DNA from: Obrimoposthia wandeli
Lineage: Eukaryota
Assembly: GCA_977020255.1 (NCBI GenBank)
Contig: CDROCS010002027.1
Coordinates: 1-64,000 of the forward strand
DNA: 64,000 nucleotides
Direction: 5' to 3'
Positions 22,062-33,071 of this stretch are shown here, in pieces (position 1 is the first letter of the stretch; the number at the start of each line of letters is the position of its first letter). Made by a program: the position numbers and the translations under genes. A model generated the notes under the pieces. That model did not search any database and was not told where the DNA came from. It worked only from the letters and a program-made list of their open reading frames with translations.

Positions 22062-25000
22062 CTAGCTACTTATAGTGCGCCATTTCTGCTGCATTCTTTT
22101 TTCTGAAACACTCTCTAATGTCTTAATTTGCTGAGAAAATAATGAAATGCGATACTCTTGAAGCAACCACTTGTATTCTTCTAAGCTGGGATCTACTTCG
22201 TCGCGCTGTTTACAAATCTGCATTTTTTCTTGCAAGCACTGCTCTAATTCATTTAACTGTCCTGATAATAGCTTTTGCCTAGGCAGTTCTCGCTGATATT
22301 TTTCTAGCCTAATTTCAATACTTTTCATATATCTTGTGTATTGCTCTAATCTATACCACGATATATGCGTAAGGTAGCTATTTGAAAACAAATTAGATAA
22401 TTGTTGTTTTATATCAGATATTATCATTATCGTGGTCAATAATTGAGCACCATTCAATTGCTTTTGTAATTGATGATATTGACGGTGTAAAAAGTGCACA
22501 CGTTCAGCAATCTTTATTACCCAACGACCGTATTCGACACCAGACTTTAAGCTTTCTATCTTCTCTTGAAATGCGCCCTTCGATCTTGGAATACCTTGCT
22601 CAAGTTTCAAAGACTCCCTCATTGCCATTGAATGAATCTCATGTTCAAGGTCCTTCTTACTGAATATTTTCCCAATGAATAGCACACTCTCAGTTAATTT
22701 AGGCATGCTACTGCGTGCTTTTTTTATACTTGACACCAACGCAAGCGATGCCAAATGAGTGATCGCCTCTACACTAAGACTATGTGCATAATGCTTATTC
22801 ATCGTTAAAACTAGATCAACCGCTAACTTATCAAGCTTTAAAGCAGGCCAAGCGGTGATGCTTATGCCACCTTGCTTCACTTCAATACTTTCAGGTAACT
22901 CCTCAAAATCCCAAGCAACCAATCCTTTCTTACCCCAAACTTGTTGTTCCTCATCTTGCAACTCGCTATCTACCAGCTTGGCATACTTATCAAAAAGTGA
23001 TTCGAGATCCCGGCTTTCTCCTATTAACTCGCCAGAATTATTGAGCAGTTTGATATTGAATTGTAAATGGGTTGCTAGAGAAGCTTGATCAAATGAGCCC
23101 ACTGGCAAATTTACGCCTGTCATACGCAGCAAGTGGTGACTTAACCGCTCTAATAAATTACCTTCCGCAAAATTCATACCTTCTATAAAGGCATCAATAT
23201 AATCAGGTATTGGCACAAAGTTTTTGCGTTGCGCCTTGGGCAAGGATTTCAAGAGTGCAATACAACGCTCTTTTATTAATCCAGGCACTAGCCAATCTAA
23301 CCGGTCTTTAGATAAGTGCTTTAGTAAAGCAATTGGTAAATGAATTGATACTCCATCATCCAAGCTTAGAGGATTAAAGTGATAACTAAGTGCTATATCA
23401 ACACCCTTAAACGCTATTGTATTTGGATAATCACTATCTTTAACATGCTCGCTTGACCGCTGAAGTACATCTTGCTCTTGTAAGAATAATATTTTTGGGT
23501 TTTGTTGTTCTATTTTTTTACGCCATTTTTCAAACCCTGCGCCGTTAACGATAGCTCGATCATTCAAACTAGCTATCTTTTGAGCATAAAAATCATATAA
23601 AGCATCTTCATCGACTAATAAATCTCTACGCCTAGATTTAGCTTCTAATTCTTCTACTTGCTCAAGTAACTTTTGATTATGCTTATAAAAAGCAGCATTC
23701 GTATGATAGTGCCCCTCAACAAGTGCTGAGCGGATAAGTATTTGCTGACTTAAATCTGCATCTATATCACCATAACTAACCACCCGCTTTTGTACTATCG
23801 TTAAACCATATAATACAACTTGTTCTAAAGCCGTTACTTGAGCCGATTTTTTCTGCCATTTAGGCTCCAAATAGCTCTTTTTAACTAAATGCTTAGCTAG
23901 AGGTTCGATCCATTTAGGATCAATCTTTGCCGCTACCCTACCATATAACCGAGAGGTTTCTACCAACTCACTCACCATCAGCCATTTAGCTGATTTTTTA
24001 AACTGAGTAGAAGCTGGAAAAATATAAAATCGGCGGTTTCTGGCACCTAAATACTCTTTATTTTCTTGCTTAAAACCTATATGACTTAATAATCCAGATA
24101 ACAGCGACACATGGACAGATTGATAGCTCGAAGGTTCTTGTTTCACTGTGTAGTTTAGCGCTTTACAAGCTAGATAAAGCTGTCGATGCACATCACGCCA
24201 TTCTCGCATACGCATAAAAGAGAGGAAATTTTTAGTACAATATTTGCGCAGCTGATTGGTCGATAATGTTTGTCGTTGCTGTTCGTAAGCATTCCACAGA
24301 TTAACGAAACTAATAAAATCAGAATCTTCATCTTGATGCTCTTTATGACATTGATCAGAAGCTTGTTGTTTATCCAAAGGGCGCTCTTTTGGATCTTGCA
24401 CGCTCAACGCGCTTGCAATTATTAAAACTTCACTTAAAGAGCCTTGCGTATTCGCTTCTATAATCATGCGCCCAATACGCGGATCTACAGGAAGCTTCGC
24501 TAGCTGGCGCCCTAGCACAGTCATTTTTTTATGCTTGTTAACTGCGCCTAATTCTTCAAGTAATTTAAAGCCATCGGTAATAAACCGACTATCTGGCGGA
24601 TCAATAAACGGAAAGCGCGCAATATCTCCAAGCTTTAAATTAAGCATTTGTAAAATAACGGCAGCTAAATTAGTTCGTCGGATCTCTGCATCCGTAAATG
24701 CTGGTCGCGAGTCATAATCTTCTTTGGCGTATAACCGGATACAAGTACCGGGCGCTATACGACCACAGCGCCCAGCTCTTTGATTTGCACTCGCTTGAGA
24801 GATACTTTCTATTGGTAAACGCTGCACCTTTGATCGATAACTATAGCGCGATATACGTGCTACACCGGTATCAATCACATAGCCTATGCCAGGTACTGTC
24901 ACTGATGTTTCAGCTACGTTTGTGGCTAAAATAATGCGCCTGCCTGTTTGCCCAGCATCTAACTGAAAAATCTTATTTTGCTCTTTTACACTTAGCCTGG

Positions 25001-26000
25001 CATATAATGGCATTACTTGCGCATTTTTTAACTGCGCCTTTCTCAGCACTTCTGCGCTTTCTCTTATTTCTCGCTCCCCTGAGAAAAATATCAATATATC
25101 TCGTGGGCCGCTATGAGTTCCTTGTTTTTGTATTTGATATATTTCAGATACTGCATCCAGTACCGCTTCAGTTTGCGTCTGCTCTTTTTTAGAGAGGTTA
25201 TCGTCTGCATCCAAGCGCTCTGTCAGTAATGGTCTATACAGAACTTCAACCGGAAATGTTCGGCCTGATACCTGCAAAATAGGCGCATTATCAAAATGTG
25301 CAGAAAACCTTTCCAGATCGATCGTCGCAGATGTGATAATAAGTTTTAGGTTAGGCCTTTGCGGTAGAATTCGTTTTATATAGCCTAATAAGAAATCTAT
25401 ATTCAAACTGCGTTCATGCGCTTCATCTAAAATGAGTACTTCGTATTTTTCTAATAACGGGTCATGCTGTGTTTCTGCAAGCAGAATACCATCAGTCATC
25501 AGCTTTATAAGCGTCGCATCTGTTACTTGCTCGGTAAAACGCACCTGATAACCTACTTTATCTCCCAGTTTTGAATGCAGTTCATCTGCAATTCTGTTAG
25601 CAACAGTGCGCGCTGCTAGTCTTCTAGGTTGTGTGTGACCTACTAAGCCTTTAGTCCCCAAGCCTAATTGCAGGCAAATTTTGGGCAACTGGGTTGTTTT
25701 TCCAGAACCGGTTTCACCAGCGATGATGATTACTTGGTTTTTTTGAATAGCATCCGCGATTTTTTCGCTGCTTTGTGCTACCGGCAAATCTGCCAATTGG
25801 ACATCGCCGATAGATCTGTATTTTTTATCTACTCTTTTTTGTGAAGCTTCAATTGCTCCCTGCACCTGCTTTATCATTTCATCTACAGGCTTTTTTTGCC
25901 TGGTACGCAGCGCTATTTGCTGCAGCTTATGCGTTAATTTTGAATGAAGTTTAGTTTCGCATAGCATTAAGCTTTGTTGCAAATCAACAATAGAAGTCAA
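22062..26000 (-). CDS. hrpA: ATP-dependent RNA helicase HrpA (TTG start)
   Basis: GETGSGKTTQ, DEAHER, SAT, ATNVAETS, QRAGRCGR; 1312 aa. Confidence 0.96.
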   Translation of the reverse strand: MTSIVDLQQSLMLCETKLHSKLTHKLQQIALRTRQKKPVDEMIKQVQGAIEASQKRVDKKYRSIGDVQLADLPVAQSSEKIADAIQKNQVIIIAGETGSGKTTQLPKICLQLGLGTKGLVGHTQPRRLAARTVANRIADELHSKLGDKVGYQVRFTEQVTDATLIKLMTDGILLAETQHDPLLEKYEVLILDEAHERSLNIDFLLGYIKRILPQRPNLKLIITSATIDLERFSAHFDNAPILQVSGRTFPVEVLYRPLLTERLDADDNLSKKEQTQTEAVLDAVSEIYQIQKQGTHSGPRDILIFFSGEREIRESAEVLRKAQLKNAQVMPLYARLSVKEQNKIFQLDAGQTGRRIILATNVAETSVTVPGIGYVIDTGVARISRYSYRSKVQRLPIESISQASANQRAGRCGRIAPGTCIRLYAKEDYDSRPAFTDAEIRRTNLAAVILQMLNLKLGDIARFPFIDPPDSRFITDGFKLLEELGAVNKHKKMTVLGRQLAKLPVDPRIGRMIIEANTQGSLSEVLIIASALSVQDPKERPLDKQQASDQCHKEHQDEDSDFISFVNLWNAYEQQRQTLSTNQLRKYCTKNFLSFMRMREWRDVHRQLYLACKALNYTVKQEPSSYQSVHVSLLSGLLSHIGFKQENKEYLGARNRRFYIFPASTQFKKSAKWLMVSELVETSRLYGRVAAKIDPKWIEPLAKHLVKKSYLEPKWQKKSAQVTALEQVVLYGLTIVQKRVVSYGDIDADLSQQILIRSALVEGHYHTNAAFYKHNQKLLEQVEELEAKSRRRDLLVDEDALYDFYAQKIASLNDRAIVNGAGFEKWRKKIEQQNPKILFLQEQDVLQRSSEHVKDSDYPNTIAFKGVDIALSYHFNPLSLDDGVSIHLPIALLKHLSKDRLDWLVPGLIKERCIALLKSLPKAQRKNFVPIPDYIDAFIEGMNFAEGNLLERLSHHLLRMTGVNLPVGSFDQASLATHLQFNIKLLNNSGELIGESRDLESLFDKYAKLVDSELQDEEQQVWGKKGLVAWDFEELPESIEVKQGGISITAWPALKLDKLAVDLVLTMNKHYAHSLSVEAITHLASLALVSSIKKARSSMPKLTESVLFIGKIFSKKDLEHEIHSMAMRESLKLEQGIPRSKGAFQEKIESLKSGVEYGRWVIKIAERVHFLHRQYHQLQKQLNGAQLLTTIMIISDIKQQLSNLFSNSYLTHISWYRLEQYTRYMKSIEIRLEKYQRELPRQKLLSGQLNELEQCLQEKMQICKQRDEVDPSLEEYKWLLQEYRISLFSQQIKTLESVSEKRMQQKWRTISS

Positions 26001-26108
26001 AGTTAAATCTCTTGGGTAATTGACAGTTGAGGATTGCTCCTCACTAAAGGCAAATTATTCCAACTGCTATTTTCACTATCGCTAGCAGCTAAAAAAATCA
26101 GTAACACC

Positions 26109-26903
26109 TTATTGAATAGCGAGCTTTTGACTAACAATATCAGCCAATTTAAACGTCGCTAACTCCCCGGTTGCAATTTTATTCCACTGCTCATTCAAAG
26201 TTAAAGGCTCTGTAGCAACCACCGTTACTTTATCGGTAACTGATGTTTCATTATAGAAATTGACGGTAACATCACAATCTTTCAAACTCGCTTCCCCGAA
26301 AGGTGCCTGGCGAGTTATCCACCATAGCTTGGTGGTATTATAAGCAAACAAAAAATCAGATTCTGATAACAGCATGTTAAAAACGCCTATGGCACGCAGC
26401 TTTTCACAACACTGATGCAAAAACTCGCTTAATAATCCATAATTTTTGAGCTCAGGCTTAGACTTAAACTTAATTCGAATCTGATCCATCAACCAACAAA
26501 AGGCATATTCGCTATCGGTATCCCCTACTGGGAAATAATACTGTAATGGCCAATCGAATAGTGACTTATCTAGTTGGCCATTGTGTGCGAAAGTCCACAT
26601 ATAACCCCACAACTCGCGGCTAAACGGATGAGTATTTTCAAGATTGACTTTTCCAACATTCGCTTGGCGAATATGGCTAATGACCAAAGTACTTTTAATG
26701 GGATGGTTCTTAATAAACTCAGCTATTTTCGAGCTGCAGCTTGGATCAGGATCATGGAAACTACGCAAACCTTTACCTTCATAAAATGCAATTCCCCACC
26801 CATCTCGATGAGGGCCTGTTCCACCACCGCGTTGCATCAAGCCACTAAAACTAAAACAAATATCTGTTGGGACATTTGCACTCATCCCCAATAACTCACA
26901 CAT
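26109..26903 (-). CDS. Class II glutamine amidotransferase, YafJ-like
   Basis: N-terminal MCELLGMSAN nucleophile Cys, HRDGWG, NTHPF, FAHNG, GDTDSE. Confidence 0.9.
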   Translation of the reverse strand: MCELLGMSANVPTDICFSFSGLMQRGGGTGPHRDGWGIAFYEGKGLRSFHDPDPSCSSKIAEFIKNHPIKSTLVISHIRQANVGKVNLENTHPFSRELWGYMWTFAHNGQLDKSLFDWPLQYYFPVGDTDSEYAFCWLMDQIRIKFKSKPELKNYGLLSEFLHQCCEKLRAIGVFNMLLSESDFLFAYNTTKLWWITRQAPFGEASLKDCDVTVNFYNETSVTDKVTVVATEPLTLNEQWNKIATGELATFKLADIVSQKLAIQ

Positions 26904-27962
26904 TTAAAACTTTAACTCCAATTTTGTAGTGTTTTCGTCGACAATTTTGGACTTTACTTGCTCAATTGTCTTTGCATTATTTTTCAAATCATTTACCCCT
27001 ACTTTCTCGCTCTCGTCAGGTACAATCTTAGAAAATAATTTTTCTTGTACTTCATTAAGGGGTGCTTGCAATTTAGTATTGCCATTTTCGTGCTTGCTTG
27101 CAGAAGTGTTTGCGACCACTTTTTTTGCATGCGTCGCTGTTTTCATCTGACTTGGTTGAATGCTGGCGCCGACTGCTGTGGCTATCTCATTGTTGTTAGC
27201 ATCTAAGTTCTTAGCATCTAAAAATTGTTTTTTTTGCTGTAAGCCAAACTCAGTACTGTGTTGTGCAACAGCAACCTGATCTCGTTCATTATTACTTAAA
27301 GCTTTACTCGCTTTTTTTGTTACGGCTAATTGATTATCAGATGACATACTATCTGAATTCCCTGCCCTATCAACACGACGTTGCCTAGCTAAAGGCTTAG
27401 AGCGGCTAGAGGTAGATTTTAAAAAATCAGCATCAGTAGAGCTTAAAGTAAACTTATCAGGCAAATTATTAATAACATCAGCATTTTGAACGCTCGGCTT
27501 TTTATCACTCAAACTATCTAAATCTATCTCTTCACCGCTTAAACTATGGTTACTAGCTTTAGCTAAGTCTATATGTTTTGCTTTTAATTCATCCCCGTTT
27601 AGATGTGAATCAACTACTTCTTTACACTGCCCTGTAAAATGGGATTTACTATCCATTGTCATTTCAGCAGATTCTACTGTGGCAACGACTGTACCTCCAG
27701 ATGCTATATGTAAATGTTGGCAATAAACTTCACCTTCAACAATGCCTGAGACAGTCACATGCTGTGCTTTTATAACACCTTGGACTAAGCCTGTCTTTCC
27801 GATAGTTATATCCTCAATAGAAGTAATATTACCTTCTACATAACCATCAATATGTATTTTTCCAGTGATGATCAAATCGCCAGATATTTTGTTATTTTTG
27901 GCAATAATCGTCAATGCTGTACGTTTTTTTTCAGAGGGTACAGATCTTTTAAAGAAGCCCAT
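26904..27962 (-). CDS. Bactofilin (polymer-forming cytoskeletal protein) with long low-complexity C-terminal tail
   Basis: TIIAKNNKISGDL...IHIDG.VEG.I...ITIGKTG.VQG.I.A..VTVSG.VEG beta-helix; N-terminal MGFFK; about 240-aa polar tail. Confidence 0.88.
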   Translation of the reverse strand: MGFFKRSVPSEKKRTALTIIAKNNKISGDLIITGKIHIDGYVEGNITSIEDITIGKTGLVQGVIKAQHVTVSGIVEGEVYCQHLHIASGGTVVATVESAEMTMDSKSHFTGQCKEVVDSHLNGDELKAKHIDLAKASNHSLSGEEIDLDSLSDKKPSVQNADVINNLPDKFTLSSTDADFLKSTSSRSKPLARQRRVDRAGNSDSMSSDNQLAVTKKASKALSNNERDQVAVAQHSTEFGLQQKKQFLDAKNLDANNNEIATAVGASIQPSQMKTATHAKKVVANTSASKHENGNTKLQAPLNEVQEKLFSKIVPDESEKVGVNDLKNNAKTIEQVKSKIVDENTTKLELKF

Positions 27963-29017
27963 TTTACTGATTCCACCTTAGTAAATATTTTTTCAAAATT
28001 TGCTACATTCCAAGCAGTGAAATTGGCTGGGTTGATAGCTTTTGATAAGTACAGAAGTTCGTAATGAAGGTGCGGACCTGTTGATTGTCCAGTATTGCCA
28101 CTTTCTGCAATTTTTTGCCCTTTATGCACATAGTCACCTACTTTAACTAAATATTTACTTAAATGTGAATAACTAGTTTCAAAGCCGAAATTGTGCACCA
28201 TCTTGATAAACTTTCCGTTTCCTGACTTCCGCTCAACCGTACTTATAACACCATCAGCGGGAGCGTAAATAGGCGTTCCTTTCGCTGCTTTAAAATCCAT
28301 ACCTTTATGCATAGTCCGAATTTTTTTTATCGGATGATAACGCATACCGTAACCATCACTTACTCTGATAGCATCAATCGGCAAGCCATTGGGAATGCTA
28401 TTTAACAAGAAAATTCTTTGCTTGGTAAGTGTAGATACTCGTTGAAACCTATCTTCACTAGCGTTAATAGGTTGCTTTAAATTTAGCATTCTCTCCAGTT
28501 CATCAAGGCTTTTATCTAACACTAATACATCACCACCCAAAGCAGTGTTTAGCCTTTGGATTTCTAAATTTTCTTCGCGTAGCTTATCGCGCTCTTCTTG
28601 TGTCTGGTTTAATGAGCTTTTTAAAGTTGGCATCTTTACCGCTACTAGCTTTAGCTCATCTCGCTCGCTAGTTATTGAAGAAATAGTGTTTTTTAGCAAT
28701 TCGATTCGAGCATTTTCAAACGCGAGCTTATCTCTTTGTTGCACTATGCTCGCCAGCACGTCTTCCAATTGAGTGAGTTCTTGTTCATTTTTCTGCTGAG
28801 TACCCAGCAAGGCAGTATATTGGCCGTTTAAATTTTGATGTGTTTTCTCTAACTCTAATAAATTATCAGTGGTTTTAACCCATAACCAATTACTGATAAC
28901 AAAATAACCAATCACAATACTTAACAAAATCAGAGCTATATGGCGTGCTATCTTGCTCATCGAAAATTGTTTTGAACCTGACCTCGTCGTCAGAGTAATG
29001 ACCATATTTGTTTTCAA
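27911..29017 (-). CDS. Membrane-anchored coiled-coil M23 (LytM) peptidase
   Basis: TM helix, coiled coil, HKGMD and HLH zinc ligands, GNTGQSTGPHLHYE. Confidence 0.92.
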   Translation of the reverse strand: MKTNMVITLTTRSGSKQFSMSKIARHIALILLSIVIGYFVISNWLWVKTTDNLLELEKTHQNLNGQYTALLGTQQKNEQELTQLEDVLASIVQQRDKLAFENARIELLKNTISSITSERDELKLVAVKMPTLKSSLNQTQEERDKLREENLEIQRLNTALGGDVLVLDKSLDELERMLNLKQPINASEDRFQRVSTLTKQRIFLLNSIPNGLPIDAIRVSDGYGMRYHPIKKIRTMHKGMDFKAAKGTPIYAPADGVISTVERKSGNGKFIKMVHNFGFETSYSHLSKYLVKVGDYVHKGQKIAESGNTGQSTGPHLHYELLYLSKAINPANFTAWNVANFEKIFTKVESVKWASLKDLYPLKKNVQH

Positions 29018-29300
29018 TTTTAATCTTTCTCATACATCTTATAACGGAGGGAATAATAACAAAAAAAACACTATAAATACCCACCTTTTTTGAAGTTGAA
29101 TTTGTTAAATGCCTCTAGCTGCTGTTTTTTAAAAGTTTAGCTGTTACGCTACCTCCCTCTAACAAGTTATTATTAGCCATCATCGGCGAATTCACTTATT
29201 AACTAAACTAATCTTCAATACTCGATGCTAGTAGTACTTATGTTTTAAATGCAATTCACTGAGCAATTAAAACATAAGCCGTAACCTTTTTACCAATTGG

Positions 29301-30671
29301 TTATTTAATCACTTGGTAGCAAGGTATGTACTTTTCGTGATCAATTTTCATCCTTCTTTGAGATACAAAAGCCGCTAATAGATCATCTAACTTATGCATC
29401 AAAACGATATCTCCGGTTAAGGAAAACGGCCCCTTAGCTGCAATTGACTTCACAGTGGGTTCTTTAACATTTCCAGCGACAATACCCGACATAGCACGAC
29501 GTAATTGTGCTGCCAAAATATAGTCTGCTTGCTCAGCATGCAAATCTAGTTCCGCCATTGCTTGATGAGTTGGTTCAAACGGCTCCTGAAATTCACTTGG
29601 GATACACAACTCCCAATTAAAATGAAAAGAACCTCCTTTTTCTTTTCTATGTAAGTGAACTTCTTTCAGCTTAGCTTGCATTGCAACAGCAACCGCCTGA
29701 GGATCATTGATAATAATCTGATATTTGTTACTGGCATTTTCACCGATGGTTGCCTTTATGAAGGCATCTATTTTCTCAAAATAAGCTTCTGATCCTTCTG
29801 GGCCTGTAAAAATAAAAGGAAATGGGATGCCTGCATTATCAGGGTGCAACAAAATACCTAGCATATATAAAATTTCTTCAGCCGTGCCCGCCCCGCCAGG
29901 GAAGACAATGATGCCATGCCCTAAACGAACAAAAGCTTCCAAACGCTTTTCAATGTCAGGAAAAATAACAAGCTCATTTACAATAGGGTTAGGTGATTCA
30001 GCAGCAATAATGCCGGGTTCCGTTAACCCGATATAACGCGCATTAGCAACACGCTGCTTAGCATGTGCGATGGTTGCACCTTTCATGGGACCTTTCATAG
30101 CACCCGGACCACAACCAGTACAAATATTAAAAGCTCGCAACCCTAATTCATAACCAACTGATTTTGAATAATCATACTCTACTCGGTTGATCGAATGGCC
30201 TCCCCAGCAAACCACTAAGTTTGGCTTTATGTTGGGTTTTATTAGATTGGCGTGCCGTAAAATATTAAAAACTGTATTAGTAGTTGTTTGGGATGCTGGT
30301 AACTCTGAACTGTTATGATCTAGCTCTCCACCTATATATAATAGATCTCTAAGCACAGCAAACAAATGCTCTCTGATACCTAAAATTAATTCTCCATCTA
30401 CAAAAGCATTTACCGGCGCATTAATTAAATTAAGCATGACACCTTGATGCTTCAATTCAATTTTTATATCGAAGTTCCTAAATTTTTCTAGTACATCACC
30501 CGTATTATCTTCATCACTACCTGTATTAAGCACTGCTAGAGAACATTGGCGAAAGACATTATATAAACTATTGCTAGTAGCACCTTCTTGTAACTGTGCG
30601 ACTTCATAAGGTGATAATGTATCTAAACTATCAAGAGGCTTTACACTCGCATCCATAAACTCTGTTATCAT
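29301..30671 (-). CDS. ppnN: Nucleotide 5'-monophosphate nucleosidase PpnN (YgdH, LOG family)
   Basis: VVCWGGHSI, CTGCGPGAMKGPMKGA, EKRLEAFVR, FPGGAGTAEE. Confidence 0.93.
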   Translation of the reverse strand: MITEFMDASVKPLDSLDTLSPYEVAQLQEGATSNSLYNVFRQCSLAVLNTGSDEDNTGDVLEKFRNFDIKIELKHQGVMLNLINAPVNAFVDGELILGIREHLFAVLRDLLYIGGELDHNSSELPASQTTTNTVFNILRHANLIKPNIKPNLVVCWGGHSINRVEYDYSKSVGYELGLRAFNICTGCGPGAMKGPMKGATIAHAKQRVANARYIGLTEPGIIAAESPNPIVNELVIFPDIEKRLEAFVRLGHGIIVFPGGAGTAEEILYMLGILLHPDNAGIPFPFIFTGPEGSEAYFEKIDAFIKATIGENASNKYQIIINDPQAVAVAMQAKLKEVHLHRKEKGGSFHFNWELCIPSEFQEPFEPTHQAMAELDLHAEQADYILAAQLRRAMSGIVAGNVKEPTVKSIAAKGPFSLTGDIVLMHKLDDLLAAFVSQRRMKIDHEKYIPCYQVIK

Positions 30672-31434
30672 AAAATTAATTCTCCTTGAGTAAGTATAAG
30701 CATAGCTTTATTTCTTTTAATTTTCGCCTCAGCATAAAAACCATATTAATTAAAGCAGAGGCTTATCTAATCGCAATCATTACCGAGCTAAAACATTAAA
30801 GAGTACTTCTTATTTTCTAAATTCCGATAAGCCCAGTTTAAGAGCTTAATTCCGGTTTTTTGTACCCGCAATCCTACATTGCTTAATTTAAGAATTTTCT
30901 ACTGGAATATGGAAACTGCCTGCTTTTTGGCCAGGCTACATTAGTATGTAAATTATTGTTTGCAAGTAATTAAAATAACAAACAAACATAACAAAAACAA
31001 ATTGCGCGTATTTTTTCAAAATACTACTTCTCAAGCAACCTAACGAATCACTATTCTAGCGAGCCTAATTAGAACTTAAACTTTAGTCGGTAATGAGCAC
31101 TAAAGCCTTTCAATTTTCTACCTTAACAATATAATACAGGCCGCTATGCTACTTATCTCCTAATTTATAGTAATTAAACTGTGTTTGCTCACGAATGACA
31201 TTCGTTTTTTCTGTTATTTAAAACCTTTTTCTTCCTAGCCTTAATTTTGAATTAGTATAAAATACAGGTAACTAGTAACTTAAAATATTGAATTATCAAA
31301 TTATGTGTTGTTGTAAAAGGAAAGTATCGCTCAGCAAAATACAATTAAAAATTCTCCACTAAAGAAAGACCTTTCATTTGTTACTCAGTTAGAAAACCGT
31401 TTCAATTATAGTGAAACTTAAGAGGTAAAAAGCA

Positions 31435-32916
31435 ATGTCTAGTAAAGAATTCGATGTATTATTAGTAGGCGCGGGAGCGATGAGTGCCACATTAGGGACT
31501 TTGCTTAGGGAATTAGATCCTACATTAACTATCGGAATAGTTGAACGCCTTGAACACGTTGCGAGTGAAAGTACTGACGGTTGGAATAATGCTGGGACAG
31601 GCCATGCTGCTTATTGTGAACTAAATTACACCTCTGAAGATGAAAACGGCAACATTGATATCAGCAAAGCTTTAACTATAAACTCTCAGTTTGAAGTTTC
31701 ACTGCAGTTTTGGAGTTATTTAGTCGAAAATAACAAATTACCACAAGCTGAAACCTTCATTAATCGCACTCCACACAAGAGCTTTGTATGGGGGGGGAAA
31801 AATGTCGAATTCTTACGCAGAAGATTTCAAAAAATGAACACCCACCACCTCTTTGAAGGAATGGAGTTCACTGAAAACCCTGAAACGGTTGAAGCTTGGG
31901 TCCCTCTTGTTATGCGTGGCAGAGACGCCAATACACCTATCGCAGCGACTAAAGTAGAGCATGGTAGCGATATTGACTTTGGTGCTATCGCTAGAAATAT
32001 GATTGCTAATCTTTCTAAACAGGATCATTTTGATTTAATGGTAGGCCACTCGGTAGAAGGGCTAAATAAAAATGCTGACGGCAGTTGGACAGTCACAGTA
32101 GAGCCTAAAGGTAGTAAAAGTTATGACATTCAAGCTAAATTTGTCTTCTTAGGTGCCGGTGGAGGTGCTTTACCATTACTACAAAAATCTGACATTCCTG
32201 AATGCAAGGGTTATGGCGGCTTTCCTGTGACCGGACAATGGCTGGTATGCACTAACCCTGTCATTGTTAATCAGCATCATGCAAAAGTTTATGGTAAGGC
32301 ACCCGTTGGCGCTCCCCCCATGTCTGTACCACACTTAGACACCCGTAATATTGGCGAAACCGATGCATTATTATTTGGTCCTTTCGCGGGGTTTACCACT
32401 AAGTTTTTAAAGAAAGGTTCCGTAATGGACCTTGTCAGTAGCATAAAAGTTGGCAACATCAAACCTATGCTATCTGTTGGCATGAACAATATGGATTTAA
32501 CAAAATATTTGATTAGCGAAGTTTTTCAATCAAGTACTGAGAGAATGGATGCACTACGTGAATTCTACCCTCTGGCCAAGGATAGTGATTGGTCGTTAGC
32601 CAATGCAGGACAAAGAGTTCAAATTATTAAAAAAGATGCACAAGGTGACGGAAAACTAGAATTTGGCACTGAAATTGTTTCTTCAGCGGATGGATCACTC
32701 GCTGCACTGCTTGGCGCCTCTCCTGGTGCTTCAACAGCGGTAAACACAATGGTTAACGTTATTGAACGCTGTTTCGCCGAGCGCTTTGATTCAGCTGATT
32801 GGCATAGCAAAATTAAAGACATGATCCCATCATATGGGGAGTCGCTCATTGAAGACGCTGAACTTGCCAAGAAAATTCGTCACTACACGCAAACAACGCT
32901 TAAATTGAAAAACTAA
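31435..32916 (+). CDS. mqo: Malate:quinone oxidoreductase
   Basis: GAGAMSATLG, WNNAGTGHAAYCELNY, PPMSVPHLDTR, LLGASPGAST. Confidence 0.96.
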   Translation: MSSKEFDVLLVGAGAMSATLGTLLRELDPTLTIGIVERLEHVASESTDGWNNAGTGHAAYCELNYTSEDENGNIDISKALTINSQFEVSLQFWSYLVENNKLPQAETFINRTPHKSFVWGGKNVEFLRRRFQKMNTHHLFEGMEFTENPETVEAWVPLVMRGRDANTPIAATKVEHGSDIDFGAIARNMIANLSKQDHFDLMVGHSVEGLNKNADGSWTVTVEPKGSKSYDIQAKFVFLGAGGGALPLLQKSDIPECKGYGGFPVTGQWLVCTNPVIVNQHHAKVYGKAPVGAPPMSVPHLDTRNIGETDALLFGPFAGFTTKFLKKGSVMDLVSSIKVGNIKPMLSVGMNNMDLTKYLISEVFQSSTERMDALREFYPLAKDSDWSLANAGQRVQIIKKDAQGDGKLEFGTEIVSSADGSLAALLGASPGASTAVNTMVNVIERCFAERFDSADWHSKIKDMIPSYGESLIEDAELAKKIRHYTQTTLKLKN

Positions 32917-33071
32917 TATTGAAAAGTTTATAGAGTTCGAGATCGAGCTTTATTCGTGTACTTAATACTTATTAATTTAAGTAATTAAGTGCACTATATT
33001 CGTTTATTTACTTGCCCTTCTTCTACTAATACATCTCTAACATCCCTCACTGTTGATATTAAAGTAACCAA

